A DNA stretch of 64,000 nucleotides from Desulfobacterales bacterium (GTDB taxonomy: Bacteria; Desulfobacterota; Desulfobacteria; Desulfobacterales; UBA2174), in the NCBI GenBank assembly GCA_963668645.2, contig CAXXWC010000022.1, forward strand, positions 1 to 64,000. The letters are read 5' to 3'. A program made the position numbers and the translations under genes. Below are positions 29,728-39,818 of the stretch, piece after piece (position 1 is the first letter of the stretch; every line of letters starts with the position of its first letter). Under the pieces are notes generated by a model. That model did not search any database, had not been told where the DNA came from, and saw only the letters and a list, made by a program, of their open reading frames with translations.

Positions 29728-31779
29728 TCAGGCGGTCGGTTGCTGCCCTTCGGCGGCCGGGGCCGGCAGTAATTCACCTGGAACCGCGGCGCTATGGCGG
29801 TAGCAGATCAGGCCGCATTGCAGGCATCGCTGGGCTTCGCGCCGGGCACTTGCCTCGTCCAACCCGAGCTCCAGCTCCACGCCCTGGGGATCCAGGGGCA
29901 TGATCTGGCGCGGCACGGCGGCCACATCCGCCACCCGGTCCACATTCTGTACCACCACGGAGGGGGTCAGCACGTGTTCGGCCAGGGCCGGTGTCTCGCC
30001 GTACATCACCTGATGGACCGAAGCGGCGATGCGCCGCCCGGCGGCGATGGCCTTGATGGCTGCCGAAAAATCGCTCAGCACGTCCGCTTCGGAGAACAGC
30101 CCTGCGGCCTCATCGGCCGTCAGCGGTGCCTTGTAGGGTGCCATCGCGATCCAGGACGGCGGATCGGCGGGAGCCGATTCGTCTTCCGTCTCCGGCAAAT
30201 CCAGGCGGAAAATCAGTTCGGGCATACGGCCGGCGGCCATCACCAACGTGCCGGCCGGCTGGGTGCGCACCTCGCCGCTGGCAAGATCGACGAGGGTCAG
30301 GCCGGTCAAGCGGTCCTCGCTGCCGTGCAGGGCCTCGACCGCCGTACCGGTCAGGACCTGAACTCCCTCTTCGGCGGCCAGATCGGCCGGTGCCTCGTCT
30401 TCACGCAGGACCACCGTCACCCGGTGGGCCCCCCGCTTCAGGCAGCGGCGGGCCGCCTCCAGCGCCAGGGGCGCGCCCCCGTAGATCACGGTCTCGGCAC
30501 TGCATACCGGGGCCCGCTCGTCCGGGCGCATCACATCGAGCAGCAGGCAAAGGCCGGCAAGCGGCGATTCGTGGCGCCCACCCGCGCCCCGGGCCAGTCG
30601 GCTGTCCCAGCCGCCGGTGGCCAGCACCACGGCCTGGTAGCCCTCGGCCAGCAGTTCGGCCACGCCGATTTCCCGCCCCAGGGCCCGGCCGGTGTGCATC
30701 TCGACGCCCATGGCCTGGATGCCCTCGATGTCCCAATCCAGGATTTCCATCGGCAGGCGGTTGCGGGCGATGGCGGTGCGCAGCAGGCCGCCCAGGGTTT
30801 CAGTGGCCTCGAAAAGGGTGGCTGAGTGGCCGAGGCGTGCCGTGAAAAAAGCGGCCGACAGCCCCTGGATCCCTCCGCCCACCACGGCCACGCGCCGGCC
30901 GGTGTCCGGGGTCTTGTAGGGCAGGACGTGCTCGCCCTGGCCGTGTTCGAAATCCGCCGCGAAGCGTTTCAAAGCGTTGATGGCCACCGGTTCGTCCACC
31001 AGTTGGCGGCGGCACTGGTCCTCGCAGGGACGCGGGCAGATACGGCCGATGACCGTGGGAAAGGGGTTGCGCTCCTTGATGGTCCGGATCGCCGCGGCGT
31101 AGTCGCCCTGGTCGATCTGGTGGATGTATTCGCAGATGTCGATGCCGGCCGGGCAGGCGCGCTGGCAGGGGGTGGTGCAGTCCTCCTGGGTGTATTCGTG
31201 CAGGATGCGCCGGGTAACCGAGCTGAGGGTGATGATGTGCTTGGGGCAGACCCGCTCGCAGGCCCCGCAGCCGGTGCACTTTTGCGCATCGACCACCGGC
31301 AGGCCCTGGGGGCCGATATACAGAGCGCCGAACTGGCAGGCCTTGACGCAGGATCCCAGGCCGAGACAGCCGACGCTGCACACCTTCATGCCGCCGCTGA
31401 GCAGGGCCGCGGCCCGGCAGTCGCCGATGCCGTCGTACCAGAACTTGGTCTCGGCCTCGGCAACACCGTAGGTGCACCCCGGCCGGCTGATGTCCGGCTC
31501 CTTGGCTTCGACGCTCACCCCGAGCAGGCCCGCGATGGCCTCGGCCGTTTCGGGGCCGGCCGCCACGCAGCTGTTGGGGGCGGCCTGCCCGGCCACGATG
31601 GCCTCGGCGTTGGCACTGCACCCTGGGTAGCCGCAGCCGCCGCAATTGGCTCCGGGAAGGGCCGCTTCCACGGCCAGGATCTTGGGGTCGACATAGACGT
31701 AAAAGATCTTCGAAGCAATGGCCAGCCCAATGCCGACGGTCAGGCCCAACGTGCCCATGAGGATAACGGCTTGCAGCAT
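29728..31779 (-). CDS. rnfB: RnfB-type Fe-S protein fused to a GltD-like FAD-dependent oxidoreductase
   Basis: N-terminal TM + LPGANCGGCGYPGC, CLGLGSCVKAC and CTGCGACERVCP; then PCQRACPAG, GRICPRPCEDQC, VVGGGIQG and C-terminal RCLQC. Confidence 0.82.
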   Translation of the reverse strand: MLQAVILMGTLGLTVGIGLAIASKIFYVYVDPKILAVEAALPGANCGGCGYPGCSANAEAIVAGQAAPNSCVAAGPETAEAIAGLLGVSVEAKEPDISRPGCTYGVAEAETKFWYDGIGDCRAAALLSGGMKVCSVGCLGLGSCVKACQFGALYIGPQGLPVVDAQKCTGCGACERVCPKHIITLSSVTRRILHEYTQEDCTTPCQRACPAGIDICEYIHQIDQGDYAAAIRTIKERNPFPTVIGRICPRPCEDQCRRQLVDEPVAINALKRFAADFEHGQGEHVLPYKTPDTGRRVAVVGGGIQGLSAAFFTARLGHSATLFEATETLGGLLRTAIARNRLPMEILDWDIEGIQAMGVEMHTGRALGREIGVAELLAEGYQAVVLATGGWDSRLARGAGGRHESPLAGLCLLLDVMRPDERAPVCSAETVIYGGAPLALEAARRCLKRGAHRVTVVLREDEAPADLAAEEGVQVLTGTAVEALHGSEDRLTGLTLVDLASGEVRTQPAGTLVMAAGRMPELIFRLDLPETEDESAPADPPSWIAMAPYKAPLTADEAAGLFSEADVLSDFSAAIKAIAAGRRIAASVHQVMYGETPALAEHVLTPSVVVQNVDRVADVAAVPRQIMPLDPQGVELELGLDEASARREAQRCLQCGLICYRHSAAVPGELLPAPAAEGQQPTA

Positions 31780-31908
31780 GGGATTCTCTCCTCACCGGCA
31801 CCGCCCGGGAGGGGTGGCGGAAACCGGTCATCAGTCGATATTGTCACAAGTAAAAATTAAGGAAATAAACGCGGGGGGTCTACTGCTTACGCTTGCCGAA
31901 CTACAATG

Positions 31909-32268
31909 CTACCAGGATCCGTCCAGTCCGCGCAACCCATTCATATAGAGCCTGCCGGCGGCCACGAAAAGCGAATAGCGCGTCAACAGCGCCGGCATGT
32001 CGAATGTTTTGGCCATGGCCAAAACCCGCTCCGAGGGGCGCTTGCCGCGGACGAAGACGATACACCCCACCCCGGCGATCTTGGCCGTCCGCAGCACCTG
32101 CTCGGTGGTCAGCCCGGTGAGCAGCACCGAGCTTTTGGCGGCGGCGGCAAGCACATCGTCCATCAGATCGGCGCCGCCTGCGGCGACAATGGTTTCATCG
32201 AGATGGGTTTCCCCGAATAGCACTTCAGCCTTGAGAATGTCGCGTACTTCAAAAATTTTCATCGCCAT
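31909..32268 (-). CDS. DRTGG domain protein
   Basis: ADLMDDVLA, VLLTGL, IVFVRGK and AGRLYMNGL. Confidence 0.8.
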   Translation of the reverse strand: MAMKIFEVRDILKAEVLFGETHLDETIVAAGGADLMDDVLAAAAKSSVLLTGLTTEQVLRTAKIAGVGCIVFVRGKRPSERVLAMAKTFDMPALLTRYSLFVAAGRLYMNGLRGLDGSW

Positions 32269-32572
32269 CGGTAAGCCAGCCTGAACGGTTAACCTGTTTT
32301 CAGCAACCCCGGTAATCTTTCAAGGATTCCCTTGACGCAACCTACCCTCCCCGGGCAGAGTCGAATCTCGCGCCACCTCGCTGGAATCAAGGATTCAAAG
32401 GGGGAGCGGACGCGGTCTGCCCGCGGCGCATCTTCGCGTCTGCGCCGGATCCGCTGCATGTGGCGCAACCGCGGGGGGGAAATTTGCCCGCACGCACCAT
32501 TTCATAAACACCTGAGGATGTCAATCAGAACCGGAACGCCGGGAATTCCACCAAATCTCGTAAGGAGACGGC

Positions 32573-32917
32573 ATGCAGATCGAGGCGTTCGCCTTCGGCA
32601 GGATGGTCATCGATGGAACGGTCTATACGTCGGACCTGTGCATTCATCCGGACGGGCAGGTTCGCGACGGCTGGTGGCGCCGCCGGGGCCACGGCCTCTG
32701 CGCCGATGACATCGCCGAACTGGTGGCCCGGAACCCTGAAACCATCTTGATCGGCACCGGGGTCCACGGCCGCCTGCGCCCGGATCCGGACCTGGCCTCC
32801 GGCCTCGAGGCCCGGGGGATCGAGCTGGTAAGCGCTCCCAACGCCGAAGCCGTGGCGCTTTTCAACCGCCTGTGGGGCCGCTGCAGCCTGGGGGCCGGCT
32901 TTCACCTGACCTGTTGA
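32573..32917 (+). CDS. Mth938-like domain protein
   Basis: FGRMVIDG, WWRRRGH, ILIGTG and C-terminal FHLTC; AAGGAG RBS. Confidence 0.85.
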   Translation: MQIEAFAFGRMVIDGTVYTSDLCIHPDGQVRDGWWRRRGHGLCADDIAELVARNPETILIGTGVHGRLRPDPDLASGLEARGIELVSAPNAEAVALFNRLWGRCSLGAGFHLTC

Positions 32918-32990
32918 AGGGCCGGGCCCCGGGACCGCCGAGCCGCTAGCCTGAGAAGATTCGCGTTGCCCGGATCGGATCCTGCCACCT

Positions 32991-33344
32991 TCAGCGGTAT
33001 TCCAGCACGGGCCGGAACAAGGTGTAAAAAAGCTCCAATACCCCGGGTACACTTTCCTTTTTGCGTTCGACAAAAACCTGCCAGCGGGTGTGGGACTCCA
33101 TTTCCCACACCACCTGGGTGATGCGGGAAAGCACGTCGGCCGCATCCTGGCCATCGAGGCGGATGGTTTCCGATTCGGTGAAAGAGACCGGATCGCCGGC
33201 ATGGGTGCCCGGCCCGAGCCCCACCAGCATACTCCCTTCCCCGATATCGAGCAGTGCCCGGTTGATGGCCGCCGCCAGCCGCGGGGCCAGCGGCGAAAGA
33301 TCGCGGAAAACGGTCTTGGCCAGTTCGCTGGGTGTCATCGCCAA
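32991..33344 (-). CDS. conserved hypothetical protein
   Basis: AGGAGG RBS; coding-like composition; fills the intergenic gap. Confidence 0.7.
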   Translation of the reverse strand: MAMTPSELAKTVFRDLSPLAPRLAAAINRALLDIGEGSMLVGLGPGTHAGDPVSFTESETIRLDGQDAADVLSRITQVVWEMESHTRWQVFVERKKESVPGVLELFYTLFRPVLEYR

Positions 33345-33511
33345 TCTTTCCTCCTTGCCGCCCGGGGTGTTTACGCCCGGCCCGGGGTGCTTATTTTGTC
33401 GACTTGCCCGGCTTTCAAAGCCGGTTTGAACCTGTTTGTCAACCCGTCAAGCGGACCGCGGCCAAGGCGAACCGAACGGCTTGATCGGAAAAAGGATAGG
33501 ACCCCATCGTA

Positions 33512-36500
33512 ATGAGTGACCGTTGCATTCGCATCCGCGGCGCCCGCCAGCACAACCTGAAGAATATCGACCTGGATCTGCCCCTGCAGCGGCTCATCGC
33601 CGTGACCGGGGTCAGCGGCAGCGGCAAATCGTCCCTGGCCTTCGACACCCTCTACGCCGAGGGCCAGCGGCGCTACGTGGAAACCTTCTCGCCGTATACG
33701 CGCCAGTTCATGGACCGCATGGACCGGCCCCGGGTGGACCGCATCGAGGCTGTGCCGCCGGCCATCGCCATCGACCGCAAGGACCCGGTGCGCACCTCGC
33801 GCAGCACCGTGGGCACCATGGCCGAGATCACCGACTTCGTCAAGCTGCTCTTCGCCCGCCGGGCCGTGCTGCACTGCCACGGCTGCGGCCGTCCGGTGGT
33901 CCCGGCCTCGGCCGAAACGATCTGGGCGCAGCTCGAACCCCGGGCCGCGGGCCAGGCCCTGATCATCACCTTTCCTTACGCCGTGGCGCCCGAAGGGATC
34001 GAAGCGGCCCGGCGCGACCTGCTGCGCCTGGGCTACGACCGGATCCGGCAGGACGGAGCCCTGGAGGATCTGATCGGATGGCAGCCCGACGGCGGTCAGA
34101 CCGAGCTGGACGTGGTGGCGGACCGCACGCGCCTGACGGTAGCGGAGCGTACCCGGATCGTCGATTCCATCGAGCAGGCCCTCGGGCTGGGCGCCGGGCG
34201 GGTCGATCTCTGGCTCGACGGCGACCGTCGGCTTTCCTTTTCGGCCCACCGCGAGTGCCCGGACTGCCGCATCGCCTACGGTGCGCCCCTGCCGGGGCTG
34301 TTCTCCTTCAACAGCCCGGTGGGGGCCTGCGAGACCTGCCGCGGCTTCGGGCGGGTCATCGACATCGATCTGTCCCTGATCATCCCCGACCGGTCGCTTT
34401 CGCTGGCCCAGGGGGCGATCAAACCCTGGGGCGGGCGCGAGGCGGGGCGCATGGAGTACGCCGACCTGGCCGCCTTCTGCCGCAAAAACGGGATTTCCCT
34501 CGATCTTCCCTTCGAGCGGCTGGCGCCGGCCCAGCAGCAGGCCGTCATCGACGGGGACGACGGATTTTACGGGGTGCGCGGCTTTTTCGACTGGCTGGAG
34601 ACCCGGACGTACAAGATGCAGGTGCGCGTCTTTCTCTCCCGCTACCGCAGCTATGACCGCTGCCCGGCCTGCGGCGGAACCCGCTTTCAGCCTGCGGCCC
34701 TGGACTACCGCCTCGCCGGGCGAACCATCGCCGGGATCTACGCCCTCAACGTGGCCCGGGCCCTGGCTTTTTTCAGGGCCCAGCCGGATCCCGGGGACGA
34801 GGCCACGGGGCTGGTCCTGGAAGAGATCATCGGCCGGCTGCGCTACCTGGACGATGTGGGCCTGGGGTACCTGACCCTGGACCGCCAGTCGCGCACCCTG
34901 TCGGGGGGCGAGGTTCAGCGCGTGGCCCTGGCCGCAGCCCTGGGCGCTTCGCTGGTGGACGCCCTCTATGTGCTGGACGAACCGAGCATCGGGCTGCACC
35001 CCAGGGACAACCAGCGCCTGGTCGCCACCCTGGAGCGGCTGCGCGACCAGGGCAACACCGTGGTGGTGGTGGAGCACGACCCGGAGATCATCCGCCGCGC
35101 CGACCTGCTCCTCGACCTGGGGCCGGGGGCCGGCGAAAAGGGCGGGCAGGTGATGTATTTCGGCCCCACCGCCCGTGCCGGCGGATCCCTCACCGGCCGG
35201 TACCTGCGCGGCGAACGGTGCATCCCGCTGCCGGCCAGGCGCCGGTCCGTGGACGATGCCGCCTGGCTGACCCTCGACGGGGCTTCGGCCCACAACCTCA
35301 AACAGATCGACCTGCGCCTGCCCCTGGCGCGCTTCACCTGCCTGACCGGGGTTTCCGGTTCGGGCAAGTCGACCCTGGCCGAAGAGACCCTCTACCGGGC
35401 GGTAAAGCGCGCCCTGGGAGAGGACGAGGGCCGGCCCGGGCCCCATAGCGGCCTTTCGGGGGCCGCGGGCCTCGACGGGGTGGAGCTGGTGGACCAGCGG
35501 CCCATCGGGCGCACCCCCCGGGCCAATGCCCTGACCTTTACCAAGGCCCTGGATCCTGTCCGGCATCTTCTGGCCGAGACCCCCGAGGCCCGCCGGGCCG
35601 GGTTCGGGCCGGGCCATTTTTCCTTCAACACGGCCGGCGGCCGCTGCGAGGCCTGCAAGGGGGAAGGCTTCGAGCGGGTGGAGATGCAGTTTCTCTCCGA
35701 CGTCTACATCACCTGCCCGGTCTGCGGCGGGCGGCGCTTTACGCCCGAGGTCCTGGCGGTGCGCTACCGGGACCTGAACGTCGCCGGCATCTTCGATCTG
35801 ACCGTGGACGAGGCCCTGTCCTTTTTCGCCGACCAGCCCCGGATCCAGCGGCTGCTGAACCCCCTGGCCCTGGTGGGGCTCGGATACCTGCGCCTGGGCC
35901 AGCCCATCAGCACCCTGTCGGGGGGCGAGGCCCAGCGCCTCAAGCTCTCGCGCCACATGGGCGGCGACGACGGCCGGCGCCGTCTGCTGATCTTCGACGA
36001 ACCGACCACCGGCCTGCACCTGGAGGACATCCGCATCCTGCTCAAGGCCCTGCACGGCCTGGTGGATGCCGGCCACACCGTGCTGGTGGTGGAACACCAG
36101 CCCGAGGTGGTCAAGACCGCCGACTGGGTGGTGGACCTGGGGCCCGAGGGCGGGGAGGACGGGGGCCGCATCGTTGTGGCCGGGTCGCCCGAGGCGGTGG
36201 CCGCCTGCACCGCAAGCCATACCGGCCGCTTCCTGGGGCCCCTGCTCGATCCGGCCACGGCCGCCGGGGCATATACCGCCGTGGCCGAAAGCCCTGCGGT
36301 CTACACAAGTTCGCTGCCCGCCGTGATCCACATCCAGGGGGCCCGGGAGCACAACCTGAAAAACCTTTCCCTCGACCTGCCCCGGCACCAACTGGTGGCC
36401 CTGACCGGGGTTTCGGGCTCGGGCAAGTCGACCCTGGCCTTCGACATCCTCTTTGCAGAGGGGCAGCGCCGGTTTCTCGAAAGCCTGGCCCCCTACGTGC

Positions 36501-38791
36501 GCCAGTACATGAAAATCCTCGAACGGCCCGAGGTGGACCGGGTCACCGGCCTGCCGCCCACCGTGGCCATCGAGCAGCGCATCAGCCATGCCGGCCGCCG
36601 TTCCACGGTGGCCACCCTCACCGAGATCTACCATTTCCTGCGCCTGCTCTTCGCCCGCCTGGGCCGGGCCCACTGCCCCCAGTGCGGGGTGCCCCTGGAA
36701 GGGTTGTCCCGGGACGCCATGGTCGAGGTGGTCCGGCGCCGCTTCGGCAAAGGCCCGGCCGCCGTCCTGGCTCCCAAGGTGGTCAACCGCAAGGGGTTTC
36801 ACAAGGACGTGCTGGCCCGCGCGCGCAAGGCGGGCTTTGGCGAGGCGCGCATCGACGGGCGCCGGGAGCCGATCAGCCAAGGCATGGCGCTGAGCCGCTA
36901 CCATCTGCACACCATCGAGGTGGTGGTGGGCACCCTGCCGGCCGCCGATCCCGGGGCCCTGGTGGACCGGGCCCTGGCCGAGGGGGACGGTGCCCTGCTG
37001 GTGGAAGATGGCGCCGGGGAAACCCACGCCTTCAGCCTCAGCGGCCTTTGCCCCACCTGCGGGATCGGCGTTTCCGGGGCCGGCGATCCCCAGCAGTTTT
37101 CCTTCAACAGCCCGCTGGGCGCCTGTGAAAAGTGCCAGGGGCTCGGGGAGACCGAAGCGGGCCGGCCCTGTGCCGCCTGCGGCGGCAGCCGCCTCAACCC
37201 CCGGGCCCTGGCCGTGAAGATCGGGGAACAGACCATCTGGGACCTGGTGCGCCGGCCGGCCGCCAACCTGGGCCGGTTCCTGGCCCGGATGCCTGTTCAA
37301 CCCGGCCAGGAGGCGGTGGCCGGACCGATCCGGACCGAGATCGAAGGGCGCCTCGAACTGCTCGAACGCCTCGGCCTCGGGTATCTCGGCCTGGCGCGCA
37401 GCGGGCGCAGCCTCTCGGGGGGCGAGGCCCAGCGGGTGCGGCTGGCGGCCCAGCTCGGCTCGACCCTCACCGGGGTGGGCTACATCCTGGACGAGCCGAC
37501 CATCGGCCTGCATCCGCGCGACAACCACCGGCTCATCGAGGCCCTGGTGGCCCTGCGCGACCGGGGCAACACCGTGGTGGTGGTGGAGCACGACGAGGAG
37601 ACCATCCGCGCGGCGGACACGGTCATCGATCTCGGCCCCGGGGCCGGGGACCAGGGCGGCACCGTGGTGGCGGTGGGCTCCCCCGCGGAAATCGCCCGCA
37701 ATCCGGCCTCCCTCACCGGCCGGCTCCTTGCCGCAGGGCCGCGGCCGCTTCCCGCAGGCTCGACCCGCGACAGCGCCGGGCGCAGCATCACGGTCCGCGG
37801 GGCCGCGGCCCACAACCTCAAGGGGATCGATGTGGACTTTCCCCTGGGAAGCTTCATCGCCGTGACCGGGGTCTCGGGCTCGGGCAAATCATCCCTGCTC
37901 AAGGAAAGCCTCCACCGCGGCCTGAAAGCCCTGCTGGCCGGCGGATCCCTGGCCGGAATCCCCTTGGCGGCCATCGAGGGCTGGGGGGCGGTGGCGGCGG
38001 CAGAGGAGGTGGACCACAGCCCCATCGGGCGCACCCCCCGCTCGGTGCCGGCCACCTATGTCAAGATCATGGACCCTCTGCGGCGGCGTTTTGCCGCCAC
38101 TGAGGCGGCCCGGGCCCGGGGCTACGGCCCGGACCGATTTTCCTTCAACCTGGCCGGCGGCCGCTGCGAGGCCTGCAAGGGCCAGGGGCATCCGCGGGTG
38201 GAGATGAATTTCCTGCCCGACGTCTACGTCCCCTGCCAGACCTGCGGCGGTTCGCGCTACAACGCCGACACCCTGGCGATCACCTACAAGGGGCATACCA
38301 TCGCCCAGATGCTCGACCTGACCTTCGCCCAGGCCCGGGACCTTTTCACCGCCGTGCCAGAAATCCGCCGGGCCGCGGCCTTCGTGGACGAGATCGGTCT
38401 CGGGTACCTGCGCCTGGGCCAGCCGAGCCCCACCCTGTCCGGGGGCGAGGCCCAGCGCATCAAGCTGGCCCGCCGCCTGGCCCACCCGGGCAACGGGCAT
38501 ACCTTCTTCATCCTCGACGAGCCCACCACCGGGCTGCACGGGGTGGATGTGGCCCGGATGATCGGCGTGCTCCGGCGCCTGGTGGCGGCCGGCAACACCG
38601 TAGCGGTGGTCGAGCACAACCTCGACCTGATCGCGGCGGCCGACTGGATCATCGATATCGGTCCGGAAGGCGGCGATGGGGGCGGAGAGGTGGTCTTTGC
38701 CGGCCCGCCCCGGGACCTGCTCCAGGCCGCGGACAGATCCCACACGGCCCGGTACCTCAAACAACATCTGGCCGGCGCAAAAGCCATGTGA
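33512..38791 (+). CDS. uvrA: double-length excinuclease ABC subunit A (four ABC domains)
   Basis: Two complete UvrA units, four GVSGSGKS Walker A and four LSGGE signatures, EGQRR twice, zinc fingers. Confidence 0.95.
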   Translation: MSDRCIRIRGARQHNLKNIDLDLPLQRLIAVTGVSGSGKSSLAFDTLYAEGQRRYVETFSPYTRQFMDRMDRPRVDRIEAVPPAIAIDRKDPVRTSRSTVGTMAEITDFVKLLFARRAVLHCHGCGRPVVPASAETIWAQLEPRAAGQALIITFPYAVAPEGIEAARRDLLRLGYDRIRQDGALEDLIGWQPDGGQTELDVVADRTRLTVAERTRIVDSIEQALGLGAGRVDLWLDGDRRLSFSAHRECPDCRIAYGAPLPGLFSFNSPVGACETCRGFGRVIDIDLSLIIPDRSLSLAQGAIKPWGGREAGRMEYADLAAFCRKNGISLDLPFERLAPAQQQAVIDGDDGFYGVRGFFDWLETRTYKMQVRVFLSRYRSYDRCPACGGTRFQPAALDYRLAGRTIAGIYALNVARALAFFRAQPDPGDEATGLVLEEIIGRLRYLDDVGLGYLTLDRQSRTLSGGEVQRVALAAALGASLVDALYVLDEPSIGLHPRDNQRLVATLERLRDQGNTVVVVEHDPEIIRRADLLLDLGPGAGEKGGQVMYFGPTARAGGSLTGRYLRGERCIPLPARRRSVDDAAWLTLDGASAHNLKQIDLRLPLARFTCLTGVSGSGKSTLAEETLYRAVKRALGEDEGRPGPHSGLSGAAGLDGVELVDQRPIGRTPRANALTFTKALDPVRHLLAETPEARRAGFGPGHFSFNTAGGRCEACKGEGFERVEMQFLSDVYITCPVCGGRRFTPEVLAVRYRDLNVAGIFDLTVDEALSFFADQPRIQRLLNPLALVGLGYLRLGQPISTLSGGEAQRLKLSRHMGGDDGRRRLLIFDEPTTGLHLEDIRILLKALHGLVDAGHTVLVVEHQPEVVKTADWVVDLGPEGGEDGGRIVVAGSPEAVAACTASHTGRFLGPLLDPATAAGAYTAVAESPAVYTSSLPAVIHIQGAREHNLKNLSLDLPRHQLVALTGVSGSGKSTLAFDILFAEGQRRFLESLAPYVRQYMKILERPEVDRVTGLPPTVAIEQRISHAGRRSTVATLTEIYHFLRLLFARLGRAHCPQCGVPLEGLSRDAMVEVVRRRFGKGPAAVLAPKVVNRKGFHKDVLARARKAGFGEARIDGRREPISQGMALSRYHLHTIEVVVGTLPAADPGALVDRALAEGDGALLVEDGAGETHAFSLSGLCPTCGIGVSGAGDPQQFSFNSPLGACEKCQGLGETEAGRPCAACGGSRLNPRALAVKIGEQTIWDLVRRPAANLGRFLARMPVQPGQEAVAGPIRTEIEGRLELLERLGLGYLGLARSGRSLSGGEAQRVRLAAQLGSTLTGVGYILDEPTIGLHPRDNHRLIEALVALRDRGNTVVVVEHDEETIRAADTVIDLGPGAGDQGGTVVAVGSPAEIARNPASLTGRLLAAGPRPLPAGSTRDSAGRSITVRGAAAHNLKGIDVDFPLGSFIAVTGVSGSGKSSLLKESLHRGLKALLAGGSLAGIPLAAIEGWGAVAAAEEVDHSPIGRTPRSVPATYVKIMDPLRRRFAATEAARARGYGPDRFSFNLAGGRCEACKGQGHPRVEMNFLPDVYVPCQTCGGSRYNADTLAITYKGHTIAQMLDLTFAQARDLFTAVPEIRRAAAFVDEIGLGYLRLGQPSPTLSGGEAQRIKLARRLAHPGNGHTFFILDEPTTGLHGVDVARMIGVLRRLVAAGNTVAVVEHNLDLIAAADWIIDIGPEGGDGGGEVVFAGPPRDLLQAADRSHTARYLKQHLAGAKAM

Positions 38792-38904
38792 CAACCGGGA
38801 CCTTGCCGTTTGACCCGCTTTTGTCTATCCTGGACGGCAAGACCGCAAACGACCAAACCGCAACAGCGCGGGCCTGAAAACCGAAGCGCGAAAGCAAGCC
38901 GGGT

Positions 38905-39774
38905 ATGCAACGCCAAGCCACATGGGAATCGATCTTCAAACCGGGAAGGGCCGGCGATTTTTTCGAACCGGCGCCTCCGGGAAACTTCGATCCCGCCGCA
39001 GCCGGCTTCAGCCCGGTGAACGCCTGGTGGCTCAGCGAACTCTCGCGCCTGGTCTACCGGCGCGATGCGGGCGAACCGGGCGCCGACGGCCGCCTGGCAG
39101 CGCGCAGCCAGATCCTGGCGCGCGTCGGGCTTCGCGAACAGGCCACCTTCTATCGCCGCGGCATCTTCGCCGCCCTGATCGTCTCGGATACCGGGACGGT
39201 GCCGCCCTTTGGCGCCCTGGTCTTTCGCGGTTCGAGCGGCCGGCTGGACAACTGGATGGCCAACTTCGACACCCGGCCCCAGCCCTGGCCCCCGGGGGGG
39301 CGGGTCCATGCCGGATTCAAGGCGGCCCTGCTGGGGATCTGGCCCGAAATCCTCGATGCCCTGCGGGGCTTGCAATCCCCGGCCTTTTACACCGGCCACA
39401 GCCTGGGGGCGGCCCTGGCCACCCTGGCGGCCAGCCTGCGGCCGCCGCGGGCGGTTTACACCTTCGGCTCGCCCCGGGTGGGAGACGCCGGCTTCGCCCG
39501 CCTGATGGAAGCCGTGCCGGTCTACCGCCTGGCCGGGGCCCGGGACATCGTCACCCGCATCCCCCCGGCGATTTTCCCCTTCGGCTACCGCCACGTGGGC
39601 CTGGCCCTGCCCCTGCGGGAAGACCGGGACCGGCCCGCCGTGCAGCCGTCCCCGGCCCTCGATGTGGCCGCCGATCCGGCCCCCTGGCCCCGGTCCCTCG
39701 ACCGCCTGGGCCGGCCTCCGGTCTTTCTCGCCGACCACGCCCCGGTGCGCTATACCGATGCCGTGGCCACCTGA
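38905..39774 (+). CDS. lipase class 3 family protein
   Basis: VFRGS, VHAGF, TGHSLGAALA, YTFGSPRVG, DIVTRIP and DH. Confidence 0.88.
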   Translation: MQRQATWESIFKPGRAGDFFEPAPPGNFDPAAAGFSPVNAWWLSELSRLVYRRDAGEPGADGRLAARSQILARVGLREQATFYRRGIFAALIVSDTGTVPPFGALVFRGSSGRLDNWMANFDTRPQPWPPGGRVHAGFKAALLGIWPEILDALRGLQSPAFYTGHSLGAALATLAASLRPPRAVYTFGSPRVGDAGFARLMEAVPVYRLAGARDIVTRIPPAIFPFGYRHVGLALPLREDRDRPAVQPSPALDVAADPAPWPRSLDRLGRPPVFLADHAPVRYTDAVAT

Positions 39775-39818
39775 CCGGCAGCCGGGGTCCGGCAAATCCT
39801 GCCACTGAACGAGGTTTC

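Noticed and set aside
32270..32570. Possible ncRNA in the DRTGG/Mth938 intergenic region (tcaaggattc occurs twice)
   Set aside because: No recognisable RNA family or convincing structure; probably divergent promoters.
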